Below, in pieces: positions 10,649 through 21,421 of a DNA stretch of 64,000 bases. The notes under the pieces were generated by a model that was not told the origin of the DNA, did no database searches, and was given only the letters and a program-made list of their open reading frames with translations. The position numbers and the translations under genes were made by a program. Numbering within the stretch: the stretch's first letter is position 1; the number at the start of each line of letters is the position of its first letter. This DNA is from an uncultured Thermoleophilia bacterium (lineage in GTDB: Bacteria; Actinomycetota; Thermoleophilia; UBA2241). The stretch spans positions 224,001-288,000 of the forward strand of contig CAVQSP010000011.1 in the NCBI GenBank assembly GCA_963715985.1. Direction: 5' to 3'.

Positions 10649-11086
10649 ATGGCGATCCTGCACGCGGCCACCGAGATCGACGCGCCCGCCGAACGGGTGT
10701 GGAAGGTAGTCAGCGACCTCGCCGCCTACGCGGAGTGGAACCCGTTCATCGTGCGAGCCTCCGGCGAGGTGCGGCCCGGCGCGCGCCTCGACATCACGAT
10801 CACGGCCCCCGGCATGAAGCCGGTGAGCTTCAGACCCCGCGTGCTCGACGTGGAGCCGGGCCACCTCGTGCGCTGGAAGGGCGAGTACAAGGTACCCGGC
10901 CTCTTCGACGGCCGTCACGCCCTCATCGTGGACGCCCTGGACGACTCGCGCTCACGGTTCACCACGCACGAGGAGGTCAGCGGCATCCTCCTGCCCTTCC
11001 TCGGCAAGGTGATGGCGGCGTCGCAGCAGGGCTTCGAGGAGATGGCGCGAGCGCTCAAGGCGCGCGCCGAAGGCCTCGCGCCGTGA
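10649..11086 (+). CDS. SRPBCC (START-like) domain protein
   Basis: EIDAPAERVW...YAEWNPF; C-terminal ALKARAE; GAGGAGG RBS. Confidence 0.85.
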   Translation: MAILHAATEIDAPAERVWKVVSDLAAYAEWNPFIVRASGEVRPGARLDITITAPGMKPVSFRPRVLDVEPGHLVRWKGEYKVPGLFDGRHALIVDALDDSRSRFTTHEEVSGILLPFLGKVMAASQQGFEEMARALKARAEGLAP

Positions 11087-11388
11087 CCCGCCCCCGCCGG
11101 CCCCGCGACGAGCTCCGGGAGATCCCCGGCATCGGCGTGGCGATGGCGGCCGACCTGCGCCTGCTCGGGGTCACCCGCGTCGCCGACCTGCGCGACCGCG
11201 ACCCCCAAAGCCTGTACGCCGAACTGGAGGCGCTCATGGGCACGCACGTGGACCGCTGCGTGCTCTACGTGTTCCGCTGCGCCGTGTACTGGGCGGGGAC
11301 GGATACGCCCGACCCCGTACTCGCGCTGTGGTGGAACTGGAAGGACGGCGGCGAGGCCGAGCGGCGAGGCCTCATCCCTCCGGCGTGA
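11083..11388 (+). CDS. Cdd1/mitomycin-resistance-like helix-hairpin-helix protein
   Basis: IPGIG..MA.DL..LG, DP..LY, DRCVLYVFRCAV, WWNWK. Confidence 0.8.
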   Translation: MTRPRRPRDELREIPGIGVAMAADLRLLGVTRVADLRDRDPQSLYAELEALMGTHVDRCVLYVFRCAVYWAGTDTPDPVLALWWNWKDGGEAERRGLIPPA

Positions 11389-11828
11389 CGCGCCGCCACC
11401 ACCCGATGCGGCGGCGCACGCGTACGGTATCGAGCCGCCGCACCTCGATGCCGGCGAGGTAGTCCATCACGGCCTGCACCTGGTCGCCGGAGACGGTCCA
11501 GATGTGGAGGAACGGGATCGGCAGGACCTCCCACGTGCCGCGCGGGGCGCGTGCGGAAGCGGCCGCCGACCACGAGCCGCGAGCGGCGAGGGTAGAAGTC
11601 CCACAGGCGCAGCTCCGCGCCGGTGACCTCCCAGTGCGCCGGGAGGCCGCCGAACAGGTCCATCGCGACCACGTCGCGCGTCTCGTAGACGCGTCCCGTG
11701 TCGGCCAGGTCCTGGATCACCCACTCCGGCGCGTCGTCCTGCTCCTGGTGGAACATGGCCAGCACGTCGCGAGGGGCCCCCGGACCGACTGCCCGGTATC
11801 CGCGGCGGATGCGTTCGAAGACGTCCAT
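11372..11828 (-). CDS. SnoaL/NTF2-like protein (one frameshift near 11545)
   Basis: MDVFERIRRGY...VVGGRFRTRP continues in another frame as RGTWEVLPIPFLHIWTVSGDQV; one extra C in a homopolymer. Confidence 0.6.
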
Positions 11829-11912
11829 GCAAGCGTTTTCCCCGCCGCGACGGCTGTGGTATCCTCTGCCTCCCGCGGAGGCGCACGGCACGCGCACGAG
11901 CCCCGCACCCGT

Positions 11913-11987
11913 GGGCGATTAGCTCAGCGGGAGAGCGCCCGCCTCACACGCGGGAGGTCGTTGGTTCAAATCCAACATCGCCCACCA
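11913..11987 (+). tRNA. tRNA-Val(CAC)
   Basis: Cloverleaf GGGCGAT...ATCGCCC-A-CCA, D arm TAGCTCAG, anticodon loop CT-CAC-AC, T loop GTTCAAATC. Confidence 0.96.
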
Positions 11988-12100
11988 CTCCCTCTCCGAC
12001 CGCTTCGTGGACAGCGCCTCTGCGCCGCATCTGCCACCCGGCTCCGGAGCGTTCATCCAAGCTGATGAACCTCCGGCGAAAGGGTTGCTTTCCGGGAACT

Positions 12101-12118
12101 TTGTGAATAGTGTCACGC
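12101..12118. promoter_or_regulatory. Crp/GlxR- or Rex-like palindromic operator upstream of acs
   Basis: TTGTGAATAGTGTCACGC (TGTGA-N6-TCACG). Confidence 0.5.
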
Positions 12119-12352
12119 ATTGGCCTAGCCCAAAGGAGCGAGGCGCTCGTTGCCGTCGTCCGGCCCGTCTGGCCCAGGACCGTGGGGCACCCCGGAGCGA
12201 CGACTGCAGACGCCACGCTGGCTGGTCCCGCCGCGCGGAACTCTGGTACCCCGCCGGCTGCGGACGAGTCCCCCACGCCCTACCCTGGGCACAGGCGCGG
12301 GAGCACATATCCAGCGAGCGGACCAGTGAAAGGTTCATGGGAGGTGAACAGG

Positions 12353-14308
12353 GTGGCTGACGAGCCGAAGGTCTTCCCACCGTCGCCCGAGTTCTCGAAG
12401 AACGCCTATTTCAAGAGCATGGACGAGTACGAGGCCACGTATAAGCGGTCTGTCGAAGATCCCGAGGGGTACTGGGCCGAGCGCGCCAAGGACGCGCTGG
12501 TCTGGACGAAGGACTGGGACACGGTCCTGGAGTGGAGCTTCGACCCCGTCCCGAGCATCAAGTGGTTCCAGGGCGGCGAGCTCAACGCGGCCTACAACTG
12601 CGTCGACCGCCACGTCGAGGCCGGCAAGGGCGACAAGGCCGCCATCATCTTCGAGGGCGACCCGGGCGACACGCGCACGATCACGTACGCCGAGCTCAAG
12701 GACGAGGTCAGCAAGTTCGCCAACGTCCTGAAGAAGCACGGCGTCAAGAAGGGTGACCGCGTCGCCCTGTACCTGCCCATGATCGCCGAGCTGCCGATCG
12801 TCATGCTCGCCTGCGCGCGCATCGGCGCCATCCACATGATGGTGTTCGGCGGCTTCAGCGCCGAGGCGCTCAAGGCCCGCATCGACAACTGCCAGGCCGA
12901 GGTCCTCATCTGCGCCGACAAGGGCTACCGCGGCTCGAAGAACACCCCCTCCAAGGCCAACGCCGACGTCGCCATCAGCGGCGAGACGACGGTCAAGAAG
13001 GTCATCGTCATCAAGCGCGTCGACGGCGACGTGCCGATGACCGAGGGTCGCGACGTCTGGTTCCACGACGAGATGGCCGCCGCCGACATCACGGCCGACT
13101 GCCCGCCGGTGCCGGTCGACGCCGAGCACCCGCTCTTCATCCTCTACACCTCCGGCTCGACGGGCACGCCCAAGGGCGTCATCCACAGCACCGGCGGCTA
13201 CCTGCTGTTCGCGCACGACACCTCGAAGTACGTCTTCAACCTCCACGACGACGACATCCACTTCTGCACCGCCGACATCGGCTGGATCACGGGCCACAGC
13301 TACATCGTGTACGGCCCGCTCGCCCTCGGCGCCACCAGCCTCCTCTTCGAGGGTCTGCCGACCTATCCGGAGCCGGACCGCTACTGGCAGGTCGTCGAGA
13401 AGCACAAGGCCACGACGATCTACACGGCCCCGACCGTCATCCGCAGCCTCATCGGCCAGGGCGACGAGTGGCCGATGAAGCACCCCATGGAGAGCCTGCG
13501 CATCATGGCCTCCGTGGGCGAGCCCATCGATCCCAACAGCTGGTTGTGGTACTACGAGAAGGTCGGCAAGGGCCGCATCCCGCTCTCCGACACGTGGTGG
13601 CAGACCGAGACCGGCGGGCACATGATCGCCCCGCTGGCCGGCGCCATGGCCCTCAAGCCGGGTTCCGCCGGTCGTCCCTTCTTCGGCGTGCAGACCGCCG
13701 TGCTCACCGACAAGGGTGAGCCCGCCGGCGTCGGCCAGGACGGCCACCTCGTCATCACCGCTCCCTGGCCCGGCATGATCCGCGGCACGTGGGGCGACGA
13801 GGACGGCAAGCGCTTCAAGGACGTCTACTTCTCGATGTTCAAGGGCTACTTCACCACCGGTGACGGCTGCGCCATCGACGCCGACGGCGACCACTGGCTC
13901 AAGGGCCGCATCGACGACGTGCTCAACGTGTCCGGCCACCGCATCGGCACCTCCGACGTCGAGGGCGCGCTCGTGAGCGCTCCCCAGGTCGCCGAGGCCG
14001 CCGTGGTGGGCTACCCGCACCCGATCAAGGGCACCGGCATCTACGCCTACGTCGTGCTCAACGAGGGTCAGGAGCCGAGCGACGACCTGAAGAAGGCGCT
14101 CGTCGTGCACGTGCGCAAGGTCGTGGGCCCCATCGCCACGCCAGACAAGATGCAGTTCGCGGCCACCGGCCTGCCGAAGACCCGCTCGGGCAAGATCATG
14201 CGCCGCATCCTGCGCAAGATCGCCGAGGGCGAGTTCGACAGCCTGGGCGACACCTCGACGCTGGCCGATCCGGCCGTGGTCGAGGACCTCAAGGCCAACA
14301 AGCAGTAG
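12353..14308 (+). CDS. acs: Acetyl-CoA synthetase (AMP-forming)
   Basis: YTSGSTGTPKG, DTWWQTETGG, GRIDDVLNVSGHR, LPKTRSGKIMRR; GGAGG RBS. Confidence 0.95.
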   Translation: MADEPKVFPPSPEFSKNAYFKSMDEYEATYKRSVEDPEGYWAERAKDALVWTKDWDTVLEWSFDPVPSIKWFQGGELNAAYNCVDRHVEAGKGDKAAIIFEGDPGDTRTITYAELKDEVSKFANVLKKHGVKKGDRVALYLPMIAELPIVMLACARIGAIHMMVFGGFSAEALKARIDNCQAEVLICADKGYRGSKNTPSKANADVAISGETTVKKVIVIKRVDGDVPMTEGRDVWFHDEMAAADITADCPPVPVDAEHPLFILYTSGSTGTPKGVIHSTGGYLLFAHDTSKYVFNLHDDDIHFCTADIGWITGHSYIVYGPLALGATSLLFEGLPTYPEPDRYWQVVEKHKATTIYTAPTVIRSLIGQGDEWPMKHPMESLRIMASVGEPIDPNSWLWYYEKVGKGRIPLSDTWWQTETGGHMIAPLAGAMALKPGSAGRPFFGVQTAVLTDKGEPAGVGQDGHLVITAPWPGMIRGTWGDEDGKRFKDVYFSMFKGYFTTGDGCAIDADGDHWLKGRIDDVLNVSGHRIGTSDVEGALVSAPQVAEAAVVGYPHPIKGTGIYAYVVLNEGQEPSDDLKKALVVHVRKVVGPIATPDKMQFAATGLPKTRSGKIMRRILRKIAEGEFDSLGDTSTLADPAVVEDLKANKQ

Positions 14309-14332
14309 TCACACCACGCACTTCGCGTTCAC

Positions 14333-14375
14333 GCGAGAGGGCCGGCGGCCGCAAGGCCGCCGGCCCTCTCGCTTT
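14333..14375 (+). terminator. Intrinsic terminator after acs
   Basis: GCGAGAGGGCCGGCGGCC-GCAA-GGCCGCCGGCCCTCTCGC followed by TTT. Confidence 0.8.
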
Positions 14376-14431
14376 GTGGCGAGCGCGCGGGCGCTGGGCC
14401 GGCCGGGCCGCGAGGGCGCGGCCGGCGCGGC

Positions 14432-15821
14432 TCAGGGGCTGGCGCTCGCCGACGGCGTCTCCGACGGCGTGACCGGGCCCGTGGACACGGTGATCTTCAC
14501 CGCGCTGCCGGCCTGGGCCACGACGCCCGCACGACGGCGACTGCGTTCGCGACCTCGCCGGCCGGCGAGAGGCCCGACTCCTGGCCGTCACCAGGCTGTG
14601 AACCCGGCCCGCTGCAGCAGCTCCGTCGCGTCGTCCTGGCTCATGCCGACCACGTCGGGCACGGCCGCCGGTCGGCGGCGGGCTCGGCGAGGCGCCGCTG
14701 GAGACGGTCAGCGCCACCTTGGCGCCGTCTGCCGCCATGTCCCCCGCCGCCGGGTCCTGCGCCACCACCGTACCGGCCGGTCCCGCGTCGGTCTGCTCCC
14801 TCGTCACGGTGCCCACCACGAGGCCCACAGCCTCGAGTGCGCCGGCGGCCCCCTTCTCGGTCATGCCCGTGAGGTCGGGGACGGCGACCTTGGCGGCCGG
14901 CTCGTCCGAGGAGAACACGCCGCCCGCCCACGCGGCGCCCAGGGCGATGGCGGCCACCACCACGAGCACGGCCACCGCCCAGATCCAGCCGCGGTTCTTC
15001 GGCCTCTGCGGCTCCGGCTCGTACTGCACCTGCGCCGCGCCCAGCACGGCCGAGAGGTCTTGCTGGAGCTGCGACGCGCTCCCGCGGCGCCCCGGGTCCT
15101 TCTCCAGGGTACGGAGCACCACCTGGGCCAGCGCCGGGGGCACGGCGGGGTTGCGGAACTGCGGCGGCTGTACGACGCCGTCCAGGTGCTCGCGCGCCAC
15201 GGTGGCGGCGTCGGGGCCGTCGAAGGCCGGCGAGCCCGTGAGCAGGCCATAGAGGACGAGCCCGAGGCGGTACACGTCCGAGGCCGCGTCGCCGAACCCG
15301 CCGGCGGCCTCTTCCGGGCTCACGTAGCGGGCCCCGGCAGCCGGTGCTCCGGGGCGCAGGTCGGGCGGCGGCTCCGCCGCCGCGAGCCCCGCGCCGGTCA
15401 GCTTGACCGTGCCGTCGGCAAGCTGTACCAGCGCCTCCGGCGTCACGTCGCCGTGTGTGGCGTTCTGCGCGTGCAGCGCCGCCAGCCCGGCGGCGGCGGA
15501 GGCGGCCACCATGGTCGCCACCGGTACCGGCAGGGCCCCGCGCGCGATGGCGGCCGCCGCGTACGTGCCGCGCACGTCCTCGCTGACCACGAACACGTCG
15601 GGACCGTCGCGGCCGACGTCCAGCACGGCCGGCAGGTCGAGGTGCCGGGCGGCGGCCACGGAGCCCATGTGGCGCATGAACCAGTCGGGGTCGGCCGGCC
15701 GCACCACCGTGATGACCACCGGCCGGCCGCTCATGTCCTCCGCGCGGTGCGCGGCGAGCGCGCGGCCGGGCGGCAACGCCTCCACGAGGCGGTAGCGCTG
15801 CGCGTACAGGGGCTGTGTCAC
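14432..15821 (-). CDS. PknB-like Ser/Thr kinase-fold membrane protein with two PASTA domains; probable pseudokinase (frameshifts at 14530-14680)
   Basis: RYRL, YVSPE, SDVY.LG..LY.LLTG.PAF, TM helix, PASTA motifs VPDLTGMT and VPDVVGMS; catalytic motifs altered. Confidence 0.75.
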
Positions 15822-16145
15822 CGGTCACCTCCGGGTCCTGCGAGCGCCGCCGGCGTGAGTCCTCCCGCGGCGCGCGATGGTCTGGCGAGACCCCGCTCTC
15901 GGCGGGCTGCGTACTTCTTCCCAGACAGGGCGGAGACGACGCCTGTAACGTCCGGGGGGTGAACCCGGACCTCGCGCAGCGTAGAGTAGGCAAGGACTCC
16001 CGCGCTTCGACCAGCCGCGCAGCGGGCGGACCTCCGCCCGGGGCCGCGGCAGACGCGCGGGACGACCCCTCGGGCCGGCGACGGCCCGTCGTGGACGCGC
16101 GGTCCACACGGCGCACGAGCAACCACCGAAGACGGGACGAACGTC

Positions 16146-18830
16146 ATGAGCACACGGAACCTGGACAAGCTCTTCGACCCCCGGAGCATCGCCGTCATCG
16201 GCGCCTCCAACAAGAAGGGGTCGGTGGGCTACATCCTGCTGCGCAACCTCATCGGCGCCGAGTACGACGGCATCGTGTATCCGGTCAACACGTCGGCCCA
16301 GTCGGTGCAGGGCATCCAGGCCTACGCCTCCATCAGCCAGGTGCCGCGCAAGATCGACCTCGCCGTGATCGCCGTGCCGGCCAAGGCGGTGCCCGAGATC
16401 ATGCGCGAGTGCGGCGAGGCCGGCGTGTCCGGCGCCGTCATCGTCTCCTCGGGCTTCAAGGAGGTCGGCCGCGAGGGCAAGAAGCTGGAGGAAGAGGTCT
16501 GCGCCATCGCCGAGAGCTACGGGGTGCGCATCGTCGGTCCCAACTGCCTCGGGTACATCCGTCCGGGCATGAACCTCAACGTGACGTTCGCGCACGTGAT
16601 CCCGCCGGCCGGCCGCGTGGCGTTCTTCAGCCAGTCCGGCGCCCTGGGCACCGCCATCCTGGACTGGGCGGCGGCCAATCACGTGGGCTTCTCCGCCTTC
16701 GTCAGCGTCGGCTCCATGGCCGACGTGGACTTCGGCGACCTCATCGACTACTTCGGCGCCGACGCGCACACCAGCAGCATCATCCTGTACATCGAGTCCA
16801 TCACCGACGCGCGCAAGTTCATGAGCGCGGCCCGCCACTTCGCCAAGAGCAAGCCCATCATCGTGGTCAAGAGCGGCCGCACGGCGCGCAGCGCCCTTGC
16901 GGCCGCCAGCCACACCGGCGCGATCGCCGGCGACGACACGCTGTACAGCGCCGTGTTCCGCCGCGCCGGCGTGGTGCGCGTGGACGAGATCGAGGACCTC
17001 TTCGACGCCAGCGAGGCGTTGAGCCGCGTCTCCAGCCCGCGCGGGCCGCGGCTCGGTATCGTCACCAACGCCGGCGGCCCCGGCGTGATGGCCAGCGACT
17101 GTCTGCTCAGCCTCGGCGGCGAGCTCTCCGAGATCAGCCCGGAGACGGACGAGAAGCTCAAGGCCGCGCTGCCCGGCTTCGCCGCACGCGGCAACCCGGT
17201 GGACGTGGGCGGCGACGCCCCGGCGCAGCGCTACGCCGAAGCCGCCCAGGCGCTGATCGACGATCCCAACTGCGACGGCGTGCTCGCCATCCTCACGCCG
17301 CAGGCGATGAGCGATCCCACGTCCACGGCCTCGGCCCTGGTAGATGTGGCGCGGACGCATCAGCTCAAGCCGCTGCTCACCTCGTTCATGGGCGAGATCA
17401 AGGTGGCGGAGGGCGTCGAGATCTTCCGGCACGCACACGTGCCGACCTTCTCGACGCCCGAAGACGCCGTGCGCGCCTACATGTACATGTACCAGTACAC
17501 GCGGAACCTCCAGAACCTCTACGAGACACCGGCCGATATCCTGCCGGACTTCGAGCCGGCCCGCGACGCGGTCAAGAAGATCTTCCTCGACGTCGCCCAC
17601 GACGGGCGCTCCATCCTCAGCGAGGTGGAAGCCAAGGCCGTGCTCGAGGCCTACCAGATCCCGGTGGTCAAGACCATGGTCGCCGCGACACCCGAGGAGT
17701 GCGCCGCCCGGGCGGAGGAGATCGGGTTCCCCGTGGCGATCAAGATCCTCAGCCACGACATCACACACAAGAGCGACGTGGGCGGCATCGCCCTCAACGT
17801 GCGCTCCGCCCCGGAGGCCTCCAACCAGTTCACGAAGATCGTCGACCGCGTGAAGCTGGCGATGCCCGAGGCGAACATCATCGGCGTCGCGGTCGAGGCC
17901 ATGAGCCGCGGCGGCTACGAGGTCATCCTCGGCTCCAAGAAGGACCCCACCTTCGGCCCGGCGCTGATGTTCGGCATGGGAGGCACGGGCGTGGAGCTGT
18001 ATCGCGACGTGGCCCTGGACTTCCCGCCGCTCAACCAGGCGCTGGCGCACAGCATGATCCAGAGCACCAAGGTGTCACGGCTGCTCGAGGGGTACCGCGG
18101 CAAGGCGCCGGTGGACATCATCGCGCTGGAGCAGGCGCTGGTGAAGCTCAGCTACCTGCTGGTGGACTTCCCCGAGATCCTCGAGATGGACGTGAACCCC
18201 TTGCAGGTGAGGACCGACGGCATCTGCGCGCTGGACGCGCGCATCGTCATCGAGCCCAAGGACGTGCGCAAGATCACCCTGCCCGGCTCGCACCTGATGA
18301 TCTCCATGTACCCGAGCAAGTACGAGTGGGACTTCCCGGTCGACAGTGAGACGGTGAAGATCCGCGCCATCAAGCCCGAGGACGAGCCGCTGTGGGCGGA
18401 GATGATCGAGTCGCTCTCGCCGGCCACCGCCGAGTACCGCTTCTTCGGCCCGGTGAAGGAGGTCACCAAGTCGATGCTGGTGCGCTACTGCCACATCGAC
18501 TACGACCGCGAGATCGCCCTCGCCGCCGTCGCCCAGCCCAAGGGCAAGCGCAAGAAGCGCATGCTCGGCGTGGCCCGTCTCACCATCGAGACCGCCAACT
18601 CGGAGGAGGGCGAGTTCGCCATCCTCGTGCGCGACGACTGCCAGCGCAAGGGCATCGGCAGCAAGCTCATGGAGGCGCTCATCCAGGCCGCCCGCGATCG
18701 CCACGTGCGTGAGATCAACGGCGACGTGCTCGCCGCCAACCCCGGGATGACACGCTTCGCCGAGGACCTGGGCTTCGACATCCGCCCCGGCAACGAGCCC
18801 GAGGTGCGCAAGCTGGTGCTGCGGCTCTAG
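16146..18830 (+). CDS. Acetate-CoA ligase (ADP-forming) alpha/beta-GNAT fusion; Pat/YfiQ-type protein lysine acetyltransferase
   Basis: SIAVIGAS, GPNCLG, SQSGA, SHTGA, GNPVD, ATP-grasp HKSDVGG, C-terminal GNAT (QRKGIGSKLM). Confidence 0.9.
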   Translation: MSTRNLDKLFDPRSIAVIGASNKKGSVGYILLRNLIGAEYDGIVYPVNTSAQSVQGIQAYASISQVPRKIDLAVIAVPAKAVPEIMRECGEAGVSGAVIVSSGFKEVGREGKKLEEEVCAIAESYGVRIVGPNCLGYIRPGMNLNVTFAHVIPPAGRVAFFSQSGALGTAILDWAAANHVGFSAFVSVGSMADVDFGDLIDYFGADAHTSSIILYIESITDARKFMSAARHFAKSKPIIVVKSGRTARSALAAASHTGAIAGDDTLYSAVFRRAGVVRVDEIEDLFDASEALSRVSSPRGPRLGIVTNAGGPGVMASDCLLSLGGELSEISPETDEKLKAALPGFAARGNPVDVGGDAPAQRYAEAAQALIDDPNCDGVLAILTPQAMSDPTSTASALVDVARTHQLKPLLTSFMGEIKVAEGVEIFRHAHVPTFSTPEDAVRAYMYMYQYTRNLQNLYETPADILPDFEPARDAVKKIFLDVAHDGRSILSEVEAKAVLEAYQIPVVKTMVAATPEECAARAEEIGFPVAIKILSHDITHKSDVGGIALNVRSAPEASNQFTKIVDRVKLAMPEANIIGVAVEAMSRGGYEVILGSKKDPTFGPALMFGMGGTGVELYRDVALDFPPLNQALAHSMIQSTKVSRLLEGYRGKAPVDIIALEQALVKLSYLLVDFPEILEMDVNPLQVRTDGICALDARIVIEPKDVRKITLPGSHLMISMYPSKYEWDFPVDSETVKIRAIKPEDEPLWAEMIESLSPATAEYRFFGPVKEVTKSMLVRYCHIDYDREIALAAVAQPKGKRKKRMLGVARLTIETANSEEGEFAILVRDDCQRKGIGSKLMEALIQAARDRHVREINGDVLAANPGMTRFAEDLGFDIRPGNEPEVRKLVLRL

Positions 18831-18887
18831 GATGCCGCGCCCCTGTGGGGCGCCCTCCCAGAACGACGTGGCGCGAAGGGCGCCGCC

Positions 18888-21337
18888 TCAAGGTGAGGCG
18901 GCGCCCTTCGTATCTTGTAGCCGCAGCGAGGTCTCCGTGATGGTCCCGTCGCCGATGCGGCCGGGCAGCATGCCGGCCGGCCGGGCCGGGTACTGCCCGG
19001 CGGCGCCGGCCGGCAGGCCGTAGGAGAAGTCGACGGCGCGCAGCAGCACCGAGGGCCCGGCGGCGAAGCGCAGCGTGACCACCACCCCCTCGGGCGGCGG
19101 CCCGTAGAAGTCGAACGACCAGCGCACCGTGGTGCCGTCGAGGAGCGTGGTGTCGCGGCCGGCCAGCCGCTGCCCGTCCACGCTCGCCGTGAGATACCCG
19201 ACCACCGTGTGCACGAGCAGGCTCACGACGGCCGCGTCGCGCCGCGAGCGCAGGCGCAGGCGCACCGTGCGGCGGTCGTCCTCGGTGGTGTCCGAGAGGA
19301 CGCGGAGGGAGGGCGGCCGCAGTCCGTACAGCGGGGCGCCGCCCGCCAGCGTGTCCCGCGTGCCCAGCGTCGGGAAGTACGCGGCCATGAACGGCGAGCT
19401 CAGACGTTCGGTGAGGAAGCGTCGCGTGTACTCGTCCAGCGGGTCGAGGGTCTGCCATACGGCGGTGCCGTCCGCACCCTGCCGGTAGTACACGCTGGTG
19501 AACTTGGGGTGCTCGCTGTCGAACGCCACGGTGGAGCCGGCGGCGAAGAGGATCACCACGCCGGCCACGGCCAGGGCCAGCGGCAGCCACAGCCGGAAGG
19601 CGCGCGCCACCAGGGCGAGCGGGAGCACGAGCAGCCCCGCGAGCAGCCACACGCACAGCACCGTGACGACCTGCTTGAGCCCCGCCGACATCAACAGCAG
19701 GTACGTGGCGGAGCTCAGCAGCAGCAGACCCGGCACGGCGCCGGCGAGACCGGCGAACGCGGCGCCGGCGCCTACGGCGGTGCGGCCGGCGCCCACGTGC
19801 CGGTGGGGCCTGCCGGCGCGGGGACCGCCGCCTCGGCGGGAGGAGCCGGCTCGGCAGAGGCATCCACCTCGGCAGGCGAGATCGGCTCGGGGGAGTCGGG
19901 TCCGCGACGCGCGCGCTGAGTCGACAGCACGGCGACGGCGAGACCCAGGGCGCCGCCGGCCAGCGGCAAGGTGAGCAGATACCCAGCTTCGGGCACCGCG
20001 TAGGTGACGGCCACGGCACCCGCGAGCCACCAGCCGAGCCCGGCGACCGCCAGGTCCCAGGCGCGCAGGCGTCGCAGCAACAGGGCGTAGATGGCCAGCA
20101 CCACCGCCGCGGCCAGCAGCACCAGGCCCAGCCGGTACCAGTCGCTGATCACCACCCCGGTGTCGCTCCACACGCGCTCCTCGTAGGCCGTGCTGTACAT
20201 GGTCCAGACGACGGCCATGCCCAGCAGCGAGAGCCCCAGGGCGACGGCGGTGCCGACCACCGACCACACGATCCCCCTGGTGCTGAGGAGGCGGCGGCGC
20301 GTCGCCAGCACGACCGCGGCCACGAACAACACCGCCGCCACGACGGCGATGGGCAGCGAGTATGAGGCCGGGTAGACCACACCCACGCTGGCGACGACGT
20401 CGAAGGCGACCACGTCCGGGCGGTGGACGTGCCAGAGGTCCAGGTCGCCGAGACGGCGGCTGAGGGCCAGGGCCGTCTCCCCTTCGTGCTGCAGGCCCGC
20501 CTCGTTCACGGCGTCGACGGAGTCATAGGCGGTGTGGTTGAACCCCGGCCCGTCGAGCATGCCGAAGCTCATGCCGGGGATGCCGCGCGCGAGGAAGGCA
20601 CGGAAGTCGCTGATGATGGGCTGGCGGCGCGACACCTCGTACATGAGCGACGAGGTGTACGGCTGGGTGGAGTCGACGAGCTCCCTGACCAGCAGGCCGT
20701 TGCCGGGCGAGGTCTCGTACATCAGCGCGGGCGACGACGACCCCGCACTGTCGAAGTTGAGCACGACCGCAGTGCCGAAGGCCCAGGAGTCATCGCGCAG
20801 GAACGCCTGGGCGCCGAGCAGGCCGCGCTCTTCGCCGTCCGTGAACAGGAAGATGATGTCGTTGCGCGGCGGTGGGCCGGCACGCAGCGCGCGGGCGACC
20901 TCCAGCAGCGCGGCCACGCCCGTGCCGTCGTCGGCGGCGCCGGGTGCGGTGGGCACCGTGTCGTAATGAGCCATGAGGAGCACGGCCCGCGACGTGTCGC
21001 GTCCGGGCAGGCGCCCCGCCACGTTGCGCACCACGCCGGCCACCCTGGGGTCGCGGGCGGAGACGATCTCCGAGGCGAGGATGTGCGGGCCGAGCCCCAG
21101 CTGCCGGAGTCTGCCGTAGATGAGGTCGCGCGCGCGCCCGGCATGGTCCGAGGCGATGGGACGAGGCTCGGCGGCGATCTGCCGCAACAGGTCCATCGCC
21201 CGCTCGGACGAGAACTCCGTGGCCGGCGCCGAGGCGGGCCGCGGCCGGGGCGCGCCGAAGGGCGTGACGGCGATCACGGCCACGAGGACCACGAGGCCGG
21301 CGAGCAGCCCCGCGAGCAGGTACAGTCTGGCGCCCAC
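18888..21337 (-). CDS. Membrane-bound M28 family peptidase (frameshift near 19920)
   Basis: AHYDT, GAADDGTG, DGEERGL, NFDSAG, FNHT; multiple TM helices continue in a second frame. Confidence 0.8.
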
Positions 21338-21421
21338 GTCTTCACTGTAGCCACCGGGTGCTCGTTTGCAACAAAGCCCGGAGGCGTAGACTCCCGGAAT
21401 GGTCGCAACGGTCAGCCAGCC

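Noticed and set aside
11913-12100. tRNA-Val as a prophage or island integration site
   Set aside because: No integrase and no duplicated tRNA 3' end seen in the window
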